Assembly (NCBI RefSeq): GCF_009914755.1
Contig: NC_060936.1
DNA: 64,000 nt
Direction: 5' to 3' (one strand)
Origin: the human T2T-CHM13v2.0 reference genome, Homo sapiens
Numbering within the stretch: position 1 is the stretch's first letter; each line of letters begins with the position of its first letter. A program made the position numbers and the translations under genes. Below the pieces are notes generated by a model. That model searched no databases and was not told the DNA's origin. It worked only from the letters and a program-made list of their open reading frames with translations. Shown here piece by piece: positions 13,831-27,397 of the stretch.

Positions 13831-15316
13831 GAATAACTCACCCACCACAGAAACATCGGTTCTAAGTAATCCAGTTGGTGTTACTAGTCATCTGAGGCTG
13901 CCTGTAGGTGAGAATGAGTTTCTCATCTTCTTTGTAACAAAGAAGATATATTTTGTGAAATAATGTCTAATTATTTGAATAATGAGAAATGATATCAATG
14001 GATTAATCCTTTCTGCAGGAATTTTTTTTTTTTTTTTTGCCTAAGCAACGTGTTATACAGGGCAGCCTCAAAGATTAACAAAGAAAACGTGGTAACTCTG
14101 AGGAGGGTCTACTAGGATTACAGGAATGAGGGTTCACTCTTTGGGAGGGAAAAACAAAAAAGGGGAGGAAAATGGGAAAAGGAGAGCTTCTTTATAGATT
14201 ATTTTTAAGGTCTCAATTCTGCTAATGACATCCACATGACTTTATTTTAATTAATTAATTCACTTATTTATTTTCCTGCACTTCCCAGTAACAAACACAT
14301 AACTTTATGTCTACATAAAGACATCCTTGGTTTACCTCCCTAAGACACACACAGTCAACACAGGGAGTTAACCATATCAAGTATATGTCTAGGGCCACAA
14401 TTCAGCTTTCAAACACATCTCATCTTCTGCCTTTCATTGAATTCACATGCTTTTCAAATAATACAGAAATAACATTAGAAACAGAGTCAACTCATATGAG
14501 TTCATTTTTCTTTATTTTGAAACTCACCGTGACTGACAAAGTCGCTAGCTTTGCATTTCTTACTTATACTCCCTACATTCTTGCACCCACTCAACCTCTC
14601 AACCAGTGTTTGTGGAGTGAGCACTCCATGCAATGCCCAGGGCTAGCCAAAGAGATAAACAAATTTCACAGTCACAGACTCAGGCGTCAGTCAATGTAAT
14701 GTTAGATTCCTGTAATCAACTTAATTTCTGAGTGCTATCCTTCCTGACACAGAAGTAGTCAAGGAACTTTGAAGTAAGCTAGTCAAATTTATGGATTTCT
14801 CGGTGTACCCAGGTTTGTATTTCACTTACTTGCTTAGTTTACTTTCTTTTTCTCTCTCTCTCTTTCCTCCCTGAGTTGACTCTGTCAGCCTCCATCCCTG
14901 TTGTAACCATTGAGATGTCTGGAAATATGCCTTAATTAGAACCTAAGTAATCTTTTGCCTAATCTCTTGCCATACCGACAGGTCATACTCTTATCTCACC
15001 AACATCTCATAAAATCCAGAATGGACCACATTCCTACTGTATTTCACAGAATGAAGTGGAGACTCTCTAGCATTGCATTTGTCAGAATCCTTGTCTAATG
15101 GAAGAGATAGCCATGTCTCCCACCCTATCCCTTCACAGACTGGAAGCCAAGGGGTATATTTCTTTTGTCTCTTGGTTTGACTCTGCAACCAGACTCTTTT
15201 CTCCTGTATCTTGACTTCATTCCTTGCTGTCTGTTCTACACCAGCTCTTGTTGTTGTCAACTTCAACCTAGTATTAGGGCCTTGCTTCCAGATCACTCCT
15301 TTTACTTGATGGTTTA

Positions 15317-15731
15317 TGTATTAGTCAGTGTGGGTTGCCGTAACAAAATACTACAGACTGGGGGGCTTACGCAACAGAAATTTATTTTCTCACAGTTCTG
15401 GAGGCTGGAAGGCCAAGGTCAAGGCGTTGGCAGCATTGGTTTCTCCTGAGGCCTCTCTCTTTGGCTTGCAGATGGCTGCCTTCTCACCATGTTCTCACAC
15501 GGTCTTTCCTCTGTGTGTGAATATCCCTGGTCTCTCTTGTGTGTTCAGATATCCTGTTATAAGGGTGCCAGTCAGACAGGATAAGGGTCTACCCTAAAAA
15601 AAAAACAAACGCTCATTTTTAACTTAATCACTTCTTTAAAGGCCTTATCTCTGATACAATTTCATTTTGGAGTACTGGGGGTTAGGGCTTTAATATATGA
15701 ATTTTGAGGGGACTCAATTCAACTCATAACA
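15317..15731 (-). mobile_element. MaLR solo LTR, MLT1A-like
   Basis: TG..CA ends; 5-bp TSD gttta/gtttg; 'aacagaaatttattttctcacagttctggaggctggaag'. Confidence 0.9.
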
Positions 15732-15847
15732 GTTTGCTTTCAAAGTTGTTGACCCAGGATGATAACCCATCTTTGATTAACGATTAACCTGTTTTTAGCA
15801 ATGCAATAAAAAAGGCCTATATGCTTTCCATTGAAACTAATTCTTAA

Positions 15848-16179
<332 letters not shown>

Positions 16180-16930
16180 TAACCTGTGTTTTTATAAGGA
16201 GTTCATTCACTGTAGTAGACACCTTCCAATTGCACTGAAAGATTATATTTCAATTAACATCTCTAAACACATGAAACATTAACCTGGTATGTGTAATTGT
16301 AGAAGATTTTCTCTTTCTTCCAGAAGAATTGATTACCACCAAAGGAAGAACACCAGATTTACTTGGTTAGTGCTTCGATATTGTATACCAAATTCTTTTT
16401 TCCAGGAAAACAAATAAAATGAATGACACTATGGTTGGAACAGTATTCATGCTGTAAAACTGTCACATGAGTTGGTTGATACAAAGTAAAAAGTAATTTA
16501 ATAAATGATTTTTAAAGGCTACATTGAAATTGGAAAAAGATTGAAAAATCACTATTTTGGTGGAGGGGGATAATGCTTTTATGTGTTTACATTTTCCATT
16601 AAGGCTGTCAAATGAAAAACAAACCCTGAGAATTCTAGATCAAAGGGACCTTAATATGATGACTCTCCTAAGTGTGGTGAAGGATGGAGCTGCTGTTTCA
16701 CTTTTAGCACAGCTTGAAGTCCAGCTTCTCCTCTCTGTGTTAGATAAAGTGCCTAGGAAGGGAAGGGGACACTTCAGAAGTCAGTAATGATAGGAAACAG
16801 GATAATGAGAGCCACATTTACTGAGGGAACATTTTCATTAGACAGCTCATGACTTGAAAGCAGCAATCATTTAATAACCCTTTCTGCTTCTCTCCAGCCA
16901 CCAGCCCCACCGCCCCCGCTTCCACGTACA

Positions 16931-17802
16931 TTTTTTTTTTTTAGTGACAATTCTTTTTTTTTCTTTATTCTAAAAAAAACAAAAAAAACAAAAACAGGCT
17001 ACATGTGCAGAACGTGCACGTTTGTTACATAGGTGTACATGTGCCGTGGTGGTTTGCTGCACCTATTGACCCACCCTCTAAGCTCTCTCCCCTCATCCCC
17101 CACCCACAACAGGTCCTGGTGTGTGTTGTTCCCCTCTCTGTGTCCATATGTTCTTAATGTTCAACTCCCACTTAGGAGTGAGAACATGTGGTGTTTAGTT
17201 TTCTGTTCTTGTGTTAGTTTGCTGAGGATAATGGCTTCCAGCTTCATCCATGTCCCTGCAAAGGACATAATCTCATTCCTCTTTATAGCTGCATAGTATT
17301 CCACCATGTATAGGTACCACATTTCCTTTATCCAGTCTGTCATTTGTGTGCATTTGAGTTGGTTCCAAGTCTCTGCTATTGTGAATAGTGCTGCAATAAA
17401 CATACGTGTGCATGTGTCTTTATAGCAGCATGATTTATAATCCTTTGGGTATATACCCGGTAATGGGATTGCTGGGTCAAATGGTATTTCTGGTTCTAAA
17501 TCCTTGAGGAATTGCCACATTGTCTTCCACAATGGTTGAACTAATTTACATTCCCACCAGCAGTATAAAAGCGTTCCTATTTCTCCACAGTCTCTCCAGC
17601 ATCTGTTGTTTCCTGACTTTTTAATAATTGCCATCCTAACTGGCATGAGATGGTATCTCATTGTGCTTTTGATTTGCATTTCTCTGATGATCAGTGATGT
17701 TGGGCTTTTTTTCGTATGTTTGCTGGCCACGTAACTGTCTTCTTTTGAGAAATGTCTGTTCATATCCTTTGCCCACTTTTTGATGGGGTTGTTTGTTTTT
17801 TT
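16931..17802 (-). mobile_element. 5'-truncated L1PA8-like element with an open ORF2 C-terminal frame
   Basis: ORF 17161-17811 is the L1 ORF2 C-terminus ([29 protein letters not shown]); TSD cttccac(g/a)tacatttt at 16919-16934 and 17803-17818. Confidence 0.95.
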
Positions 17803-18799
17803 CTTCCACATACATTTTGAAGTTGCTTCATTGTACTTATTTTACTCTTATGTCCTTAAAAAATTCATGACCAATTTAAATTGTACTTTTGTGAAGACAT
17901 ATTTGATCAAGTGCAGGTGTTCCGATTGCTAAATGCAGGAAACAGAATGTAAATAGTGAAAGCCCAGGGTCATTTTTCTCTAACAGAGCTCTCGCCATTC
18001 CCACTTTCCTTCTGGGTAAAAAGCGATGTTCCGTGAGGCTGAGGCATGGGGAATGGGTATTTGATTCAGTGCAGCAGTGTCTCTCTCCCTCAGCACAGGA
18101 AAAGAGGAATTTTGTATGATTTTGCCTTTTATATCATAAATGTTAACTTGAAACCTCAAATAACAGGAGGTACTCTTTCAATCTCTCAATCTCGAATGTT
18201 GTCATATTATTTACAGTTAGAACAGACATAGCCATCAAACAACACTAGCATGAAACCTTCTTCCAAGTCTCATTGCAGTGAAAATCCACTCTTCCCTCCC
18301 AACTTCATTCTTTTCCGTTTGTGCATCTTACAGGGGCCAGCAGATGAAGCTTTGCAATGTCATGGAAAGGAGCATTTCTGTCAGCTCTGTTTCAAAATCC
18401 AATAGGAAGAAGTATTTTTCTTTTCTTGCTCTTTCTTCCTCTCTTGTGGTTTTGGCTTTCTAGCTTGGTTGTTGAACAGATCCAAGGGGTTCAGATGAGA
18501 TGTTCTTTCCTGTCAAACAGGATCCCAAAACCTTTTGAGGTTTCTCAAGGACTTGTCTCTATAAGCCGACGAGTCTGTTCTCTTTCTTCACTGTTGCCAG
18601 AAAAGTAATTAGGCCATTTTTCTAATTATAGTAATCTTCCCCAAATGGCATATAACTTCAATCCAAATGCCATGTAAATTGGCCAGCAACATTCTGCCAT
18701 GAAGCACTTTACCAAGACCATTTGAACGCAGCAGCTTTACTTTGTGTTAAGGCAAAGTTGTCTTCTCTATCCCAGTTATGACTGGGTTTTCTTTCTCAG

Positions 18800-18848
18800 T
18801 GTCTTGCTCAAGAGGTTACAGTATTTTTTTGTGTGACGAGCATGGACG
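18800..18848 (+). other. Candidate exon (ATG-GAC-G followed by a strong 5' splice site)
   Basis: Acceptor-like 'ttttctttctcag|' and donor 'ACG|GTAAGT'; Kozak-like gagcATGG; non-repeat context. Confidence 0.35.
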
Positions 18849-18967
18849 GTAAGTATTCCTTTCAATGGCATTTTGTGTAGAGTTGTGTCTGTGGTGGACA
18901 AATTAAACGGCTTTTGGAAAAAAATGTTTATTCTCAGTAAAGCAGAACAAGATTAAATTGTTATCAT

Positions 18968-18981
18968 GTTGCTATAGCGAC
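18968..18981. promoter_or_regulatory. RFX X-box-like palindrome
   Basis: GTTGCTATAGCGAC is one mismatch from the perfect palindrome GTTGCTATAGCAAC. Confidence 0.5.
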
Positions 18982-19470
18982 CAAAATCTCTACAGATAGA
19001 ATGAGTTTCTCTGTGTCACACAACACAGAACTAGATTTTTCTTTCCTAAGAATAATCCCTTGTAATTAGCTTTCTCTATTATGCTAACCAAGGAGAAATT
19101 AGGTCCTGCTGCTAAGTTCTCTGGTCTGAAATATGCTCACAGCAGGTAAATTGCTACTTTTGCTTGTTCCATTTGTCAGAACAAAGTTTTCAAATAGTAT
19201 ATCCTCTAGAAATTTGATTTTTCTTTGCCTGATCACTCTCCTAGTTTTTCTGGAAGGGTTTACTGGACTGGGATAAGGACATGAGGGAGAAGTTTCTAGA
19301 AAATGAAACTGGGCACTGAAATAACGAAGAGTAAGGATGAATTTCTCCAGGAAATGACGAAGTGGATTTCTCTGGGAAATGATGAAGTTACGGTGATTGA
19401 AAAGAAGGAATAAAACTGGACAGGAATTCAAGAATGAAAAATAGAGTTAGCATTTAAAGTGCAGTGATGA

Positions 19471-19662
19471 GGGGGGGAGCGGGGAGGGATAGCATTAGGA
19501 GATATACCTAATGCTAAATGACGAGTTAGTGGGTGCAGCACACCAGCATGGCACATGTATACATATGTAACTAACCTGCACATTGTGCACATGTACCCTA
19601 AAACTTAAAGTATAAGAATAATAAAAAAAATAAAAAAATTTAAAAATAAATAAATAAATAAA
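19471..19662 (+). mobile_element. Very short young L1PA (L1PA2/3-like) 3' end with (TAAA)n tail
   Basis: 'gggagggatagcattaggagatatacctaatgctaaatgacgag...catgtaccctaaaacttaaagtataa'; TSD taaa(g/a)tgca(g/a)tgatga. Confidence 0.95.
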
Positions 19663-21114
19663 TAAAATGCAATGATGATATGTCACAGTTACTGAGTGGC
19701 TTGTAGATGTTGCTTAACTTCATGGCACCAACCCAGACAAGTTTATTCCTTCAGAATAGCGCCGTCAAACCATTAAAACCTGGGTGCTTATGAGCAGAAG
19801 AGAGTGCATGAAGCAAAACGCCCAAGTTATTTTTCCAGAAATTACATTTAGTAAATCAAAGGCGGTGCCTTGGAATCTGCATTTTTGCAAGCTTGCTACG
19901 TCATTCTGCTGAGGTGGTTCTTAGCCAACACTGTTCCCTATTGCTCTGGGGATTTTAAAGGATGCAGACTGGCAGATCAGCTCAGAGCCCAGTTTGAAGC
20001 CCGTTCTACCAACTGAAGTAAGACAAGTGAATAATGCCATGCAGGCATGGCATTATCAAATGCCTGAATATCAAAGGTATGCACCTTAATATCAAAGGGA
20101 CAGAGAGAATAAAGTGTGGCCAGTGTCAGGTGGGATAGATTAGAAATTTTTTTTCTTTCTAAAAGCTATTCAGGGGGGAATAATGGCCTGCTAAAATGAA
20201 AATTAGATTGTTGAGAGCCATGCCATGAAGTATTTTAAGGGGGACAATTATTTAGATTTTCAGTAGAGAATAGTAAAAGGAGCTATAAATGTTTTTTAAA
20301 AGAATAGGATATAAAACTGTACATTTGTGAAAAGGGTACCATTTTACAGTTGGGAAAGGCCTTAAGCCCTATTCTTCAGAGATGTTAAAAATATTAGAAT
20401 GGGGGACTGGCCCTTCTGAAAGAAAGAGGACTTTTTTTTGAAAATAAAATCTATACTATTTATTATTATTTCTGTGGATCACCACCACAATATATACATT
20501 TCTTTGGCCACTGGCTGAATTTTGTTGTATCCTCCTTAGACTTCGAGTTAATCTTTCTCCTGGATTATGTACCTGAAGAGCCTTAAAAAGTCACTCAGGA
20601 CAAGAATGCTCATGTCAGTGAACCATAGAGTCTAAATTTCTTGATTGCCTAGAGGTAAAAAAGAGGGCAAAGGAACCTTGGATTTATTTAAATTCGAAAT
20701 GTACTTTTGCATAAAAAATAACTTTCCAACCAACATTTCTTGTAGTCTGTTTGTAGTCACATGCAGTAAACTCCTCTGGGATAGAAATTTTTAATAAAGA
20801 TTCCTTTGTTGCAATACTTTTATGTTCAGGAACACCCTTATGAAAAGCCAATTTTTTAAAGGGGCATAGAAACTTGTAATAAAAATGCTACTGAATTCTA
20901 GGAACCTACTTCTTCCAATAATCCCCATATTCCCTGTTTATCATCACCCTCATTAATCAACAGAATAGTCCAGTGAGACTGGTTGTTTTTTAGTAGAATA
21001 ATTGTAATTTGTAAAGGGTCAGAAGGGATATGAATATAAAAAGATTATAGAAAGTTTCTTCAGCTCTACTGTCTTAATCCCTAAATAACCTTGAAGGGCA
21101 CTAAGGCAGTACAC

Positions 21115-21586
21115 TAGGAAGAATAATTGTCAAGCTGAGATATCAGATCCCAACTTCTGGAACCTGCAAATGTTACCTTATAAAGTAAAGGAGTTATTGT
21201 AGAGGTGATTCAGCTAAAGATCTTGAGATGGGGATATTGTCCTGGTAACTGGATGTACCCTAATTCCAATTACAAGTGTCTTTATAAGAGAGAGGCAGAG
21301 GGAGATTTGCTACACAAAGAGGAGGCAATGGGACCACAGAGGCAGAGACTGGCGTCATGTGGCCACAAGTCAAGGAATGCTGGCAACCACTAGAAACTGG
21401 AAGGGAAAGGAACAATTTTTACTTGGAGCCTTTGCAGAGAACATGGCCCTGTGGTCACCTTGATTTTCACTCTGTGAAACTGATTTCAGACTTCTCGTCT
21501 CCTGAATTGTGAGAGAATACATATCTGTTGTTTTGAGACTTCACGTTTGTGTTAATTTGTTATAGCAGCCCAAGGCAACTAATTCA
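21115..21586 (+). mobile_element. MaLR solo LTR, MLT1D-like
   Basis: 'ggccacaagtcaaggaatgctggcaaccactagaaactggaaggg'; ends 'ttgttatagcagcccaaggcaactaattca'. Confidence 0.9.
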
Positions 21587-21624
21587 GGCAGTGAATTCTT
21601 CCCAAGCACCCTTCTTTTGACTTG

Positions 21625-21802
21625 TAACCTGGTTTGCAGCACAACAGTCATCTGAGAAACTTCTTAACAATTTTGAATTCCTGTGGCTCATCACAGGTAT
21701 ACAGAGAATCAGAATTTTTAGGAATAGGATCCAAGGATCTGTATTTTTTTCACAGACTGCCTAGGTGAGATTCTGCTGTGCACCAGGTTTGATAACCATT
21801 TC
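21625..21802. mobile_element. MER5-like hAT-Charlie MITE
   Basis: 'gaatcagaatttttaggaataggatccaaggatctgtattttt...aggtgagattctgctgtgcaccaggtttgataaccatt'. Confidence 0.7.
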
Positions 21803-21812
21803 ACTAGGATGC

Positions 21813-22307
21813 TCTATTAGTTTCCTATATCTGCTATAAAAAAAATCACCACAAATGTAATGGCTTAAAACAACACGAGTTTACTCTTAGGCATTTCTGG
21901 AGGTCAGAAGTTCAAAATTACTTTCACTGGGATAACATCAAGGTGTCAGCAGGGCTGATTACTTCTGGATGTTCTGAAGGGAAGATCTGTTTTCTTGCCC
22001 TTTTCGCTTCTAATGGCTGCTTATACTCCTTGGTTTGTGGCCTCTTTTTGCCATCTTCAAAGCACATCGCTCCAGTTTCTGTTCTGTCATCACATCACCC
22101 TCTGACTCTCACTTCTGTGAACCTCTTATGAGGACCACTGTGATCACGTTAAGCCCACCTAGGTCCTCCAGGATAATCTTCTCATTTTAAGATCCTTATC
22201 TTGATCACATCTGCAAAGTCCATTTTGCCATATGAAATGACGTTTTCAGGTGCCTGGAATTAGGATGTGAATATATTTGGGGAGCTATTATTATTCAGTT
22301 CACCACA
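21813..22307 (-). mobile_element. MaLR solo LTR, MLT1D-like
   Basis: 'caccacaaatgtaatggcttaaaacaacac...ccaggataatcttctcattttaagatcctt...cacatctgcaaagtcc'. Confidence 0.9.
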
Positions 22308-24414
22308 GACCCCATGATAACACCTCATGTAGAAACCATAGATGTAAATGAGCTTCAATAACAGGGGGTCATGCTTAATTCATGATGTATTCACCTGCCT
22401 TTTTTGTGCTTATTTTTTTTAAAAGGCATTGGAATAAAAACATTTACATATGACTATTATCTTTGATACTTTAGTGGCAGATAACAAAACATGCAAAGCT
22501 GCTGATTTCATGAAAGTATTATTATTACAACATTACAAATTGTTTTATTTGATTTTATTTTTGCCTTTGCTTGAAACTCTCTCATGAACAAATTAATTTA
22601 AATGTTGAGAAAAGGGGAGTGGCCAGAAGGGAAGCTTTTCACATTCCAAATTGTCATCATTCAAATAAATACATGTTCTAAGTAAAAGCACAATTCTTGG
22701 TCTGCAAATGTAGGTTTAGGCCATACCAAACAAAAATTCACATAAATAAAAACTGAGCATTACTATGCAAATGTAATCATAAGACAAGCCCTCAAGGGCC
22801 CCTTTTCTAACAGTTTACCCCCTCTAAGCACTTCTTTATAAAACTTCTCAGGCTGTACTTTCTGTATCTTTTATTTAATATAGAATACCATAGTTGAAGT
22901 AAGTGGTAATAGACACCACAGAACATGTAAATGTAATTTCTTTACATTTTATGTTGATTCTGTAGTGATGTCTCCTTTTCTCATAACTCATAGTAATAAC
23001 TTGTGCTTTTTTAAAATTAATCTTACAAAGCTATACATTTTTAATAGCTGCATCCCACAAATTCTGATATGTCTTATTATCATTTAGTTGAAAGTATTAT
23101 TTATATAAATTGCTTTTTTGTTGACCCATGGATTATTTAAAAGTATATTGTTTATTTCAACCCCTATATACAATATATATCCTTAATATTTTAGAGACCT
23201 TAAATTAGTATATTTTTCATTTCCAAAATAATCCTGAAATTATAGCACATATTATTTCATTTACCGTCACCTTTCTTCTTTTGTGCTATAATGGCCATAT
23301 ATTTTAATGAAATTTTTTTTTTCCTGGGTATAGAGTAAGAGCTTGATGATGATTTTCTTTTAGCACTTTACAAATGTTAATATGTTGCCTTCTGACCTTC
23401 ATCATTTTTACTGAAAATGATTCATCAGCCCTGGTGCTATTAATATTTCTTTAAAAGGAGTGTGTCTTTTTCCTTTGGCCACTTTTAAGAATTTTCTTTG
23501 TTGGATGTGCCTAGGTATGCTTTTCTTTATATTTGAACTGCTTGAATCTCATAATATGTTTTGAATTCATATTCTGAAGATTTTCATCAGCTTTCCAAAA
23601 TTGTTATTTAGGACCTCTTTAGAGATTGCTTTTGGTCTAGTCTCTCATTCTTTTTCTGAGATTCTAATTGCGTACATTTTAGGTCTTTTCACTTGGTTTC
23701 ATATGTTTCTTGTGGTTTTTTTTTCTGTATTTTTCATCCTCTTTTCTCTATATATTTTAATCTTGATATTTTCTACCCATCTATGTTCACTATTCTTTTT
23801 CTCTGCTTTGTCTAATTCGCTGTTACATTCATCTATCCCATTCTTAGTTTGGGCTATTTTCTAGAATTAAAATTTATCTTTAAAAAAATAAACTCTAGTT
23901 CTTTGGTCAAATTCTCTATCTTTGTTCGTATTTTCGTGAGCATATTAATTATTGATATTTTAAGTTTTTTCTTAATAATGTCACTATCTGGGTTACCTTT
24001 ATATTGTCAACCCACTCACCCCAATTTTTAGTCTCATGATTCTGTTTTCTGGCTTCTTGGTAATTGTTAAATGAATGCTGGACATTTGTATAAATATTTC
24101 TAGAAGCTCTGGCTTATGCTTTATTCTTTCAGAGAGATTTTAATTTTCTTCTAGAAGGTAGTTGAAGCACGGGAAAATCACCTTGATCCAATTGAGTCCC
24201 AGTTTCAGTTTCACCTTTATCCAAGAGTTTAGTCCTTCAGTGGTATCAGCAGAAAGCCTGAGGTTTTTATCAGTGCCCTTCTTTATAGACAGACCCTATA
24301 ACCCAAATTAATTTTTCCCCAGACTGCCAAAATATCTACTTTTTAACAATTTAGCAGTTTCTTTCTGATTGTTTCTTCAGCAACTTGCACTATACCATTA
24401 AGGAGTCAGCAAAT

Positions 24415-24552
24415 AGCCAGATGCAGTGGTGCACTCCTGTAGTCCCAGCTCTCAGGAGGCTGAGGCAGGAGGAGCCCTTGAGCCCAGGAGTTTAAGGCCA
24501 GACTGGGAAACATAGTGAGAACTAGTCTTTAAAAAAATACAGATAACAAAAA
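24415..24552 (+). mobile_element. Alu monomer (FLAM-like)
   Basis: Single monomer; TSD gagtcagcaaata (24403-24415 and 24553-24565). Confidence 0.85.
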
Positions 24553-24842
24553 GAGTCAGCAAATAATTTGAAATGGAAGTTGCACGTAGAATTTTGAGGT
24601 CACTACTGCATGGTTCTCTTTTCTTCAGGATCTTGGCCCCTCAAGTCCTGGCTGTGTTGGTATCTCTGAACTCCTATTTTTGTTTCTTCAGTTTAGAGAT
24701 GCAGTGAGAAGTATTAAGCCACTCCTCTCTGTTTTGATTCTGTCCTTTCAACTGCGAAGTGTCAAATGTCCCGAAGGAACAAAGCAGTAGGCTAAGGTAG
24801 AGCTCCTCTCTATTTACTCTCTTCCCTTTAAGAGTTTGGCTC

Positions 24843-25268
<426 letters not shown>

Positions 25269-25280
25269 TTATCACAGCCA

Positions 25281-25322
25281 CAAAAAAAAAAAAAAAAAAA
25301 AAGAAAGAAAGAAAGAAAGAAA
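25281..25322. repeat. (A)n-(GAAA)n tract
   Basis: About 22 A followed by GAAA units. Confidence 0.9.
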
Positions 25323-26142
25323 CCTCCAGTTATTAGTTTTCTTAACCTGGCATTTCTTCAACTTATTTTTATAATGGGAACTTTTTTTTCTTTTGGTCAT
25401 TGGATGAGCATTTCACAGAAGATCATTTAGGAAACACTACCCCAGCTGTGTCAGTCTATTTACCATTTCTCAAATGCACAAAAGTATTTTTTCTTTCATG
25501 CTATTGAACTTCTTTCCTCACTGCCCAGAATGACCATGCCCATACTTCTTTTGTCTGCTGAAATCACACCAAACTCTACTTCTCTCATTAAGGATTCTGT
25601 GATTCTCTGAAGTTAAACAAAAACCATCCCAAATGCCATTAGATTCTTTGAGATGTAGGAGGTGCTTATGTTTTCTTTTTCTGGATAATGGGAGCCATGT
25701 AAATGATAATTTTTCTTTATGGGCCACCAGGAATTTCACTTTAGTAAAGTTTAATAATAAATGTATTAGGCCTATTATTTGTGTTGTTTTTAACTATTCT
25801 TGAGCTTTTATTCTGACTGGTATTTTCTCTAACTCTTATTATGTAAGTATTTGTTTTTATATAGGTTCCTATACATTTTTACAAATACTTTATAAAACAG
25901 ACCAAGAGTAAATAATAACAATCAAACAAAACAAATTTCTTCTCAAGGCTGTTTCAATTAATTAAGTTGAACCTCATTTTCAATCATTTATGACTCATAT
26001 TTTTCCACAACTAAATTGTAATTTTATTGATGGCATAATTATTTCTTTGCCTAGCACGTATACTTGGGGAACAAAACATTGTCTAGATTAATTTTGTGCT
26101 TTAGATTATTACAATTGTTATTAATTTTGTGCTTTAGATTAT

Positions 26143-26375
26143 TATAGTGGTATAAGCAGACCCTCTGGGACCCAGAGTACCTGGTTTGATTCTCACCTCT
26201 ATCTCTTACTGCTTGAGATCTTGGGCAACTTGCTGAAACTCTTTTGCCTTATTTTATTCATATTTAAAATGGTCATTTGTTTGCTCTAGATTAAATAAAT
26301 GGATACATATATATATATAAGGCACTGAGAAAAGTATCTGGCACATAGGAACTCCTCAAAATATTACATAGGCAA
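26143..26375 (+). mobile_element. MIR
   Basis: 'atagtggtataagcagaccctctgggacccagagtacctggtttgattctcacctct...atcttgggcaact'. Confidence 0.75.
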
Positions 26376-26859
26376 TTTGAAAAATTGTTATAGTCTAATA
26401 TTTGAAATGGTGAATTTTGTAAAAATATTTCAAAGTGCCAGAAGTTATGAAATGGCCCTGTAGTAATGTTCAAAATTTGCTAGCTTTGCAGTCATGTAGC
26501 TGTTACTATAAAAAGTGAATAAAAATACAGTTGCATTAAGAAATACAAAAAATAATTTCTTCTAAAGCTTGTATTTTAGCTTCCTTATACTGGTGGTAAC
26601 ACTTTCAGAAGAAGTAATAGGATTAGAATATTAGCATGCTAACACATTATTCATCAATGATTAAGCATGCTTTTTTAAATGTATCAGTGATAAGTTTAGA
26701 AACCCCCGGTAGGGTAATGCTAACTTAACTAAAAGTCATATGATCTGTGTATTACTATTGGTTATGATCACTGACATTGTTTTAATAAATAATATTAGTA
26801 TGTTATGTGTGTGATTGGCCATAGTAACCTGCAGATCCTTCCTCTGCCTGAGCTTACAC

Positions 26860-27160
<301 letters not shown>

Positions 27161-27397
27161 TGAGCTTACACTTTTGTATGAATTCTCTGAGGGAAATTTG
27201 TGCCTCAAAAGTGCAAGGTAAAATAACTTTATTATCAGCTTAATGTTGGACCTAATCTTCATTGTAGGACTCTATTAAGCAAGACTGGAGGTTTCTGTTT
27301 TGTATACCAGGTGAACCTAAAGAACAAAGCCAGACAATAGATCTTTGCCTATTTTCCTTTACTCTTATGATGACCAATTTTGAAACTTACCATCTTG

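Noticed and set aside
17161-17811. 216-aa ORF, the longest in the window
   Set aside because: It is the C-terminus of L1 ORF2 in a 5'-truncated L1PA8 with no promoter and no ATG at the listed start. An open frame of this length is unremarkable for a primate L1.
19288-19302. Perfect three-unit heat-shock element (aGAAgtTTCtaGAAa)
   Set aside because: Only nine specified bases; about one chance match is expected in 64 kb of AT-rich DNA, and there is no supporting context
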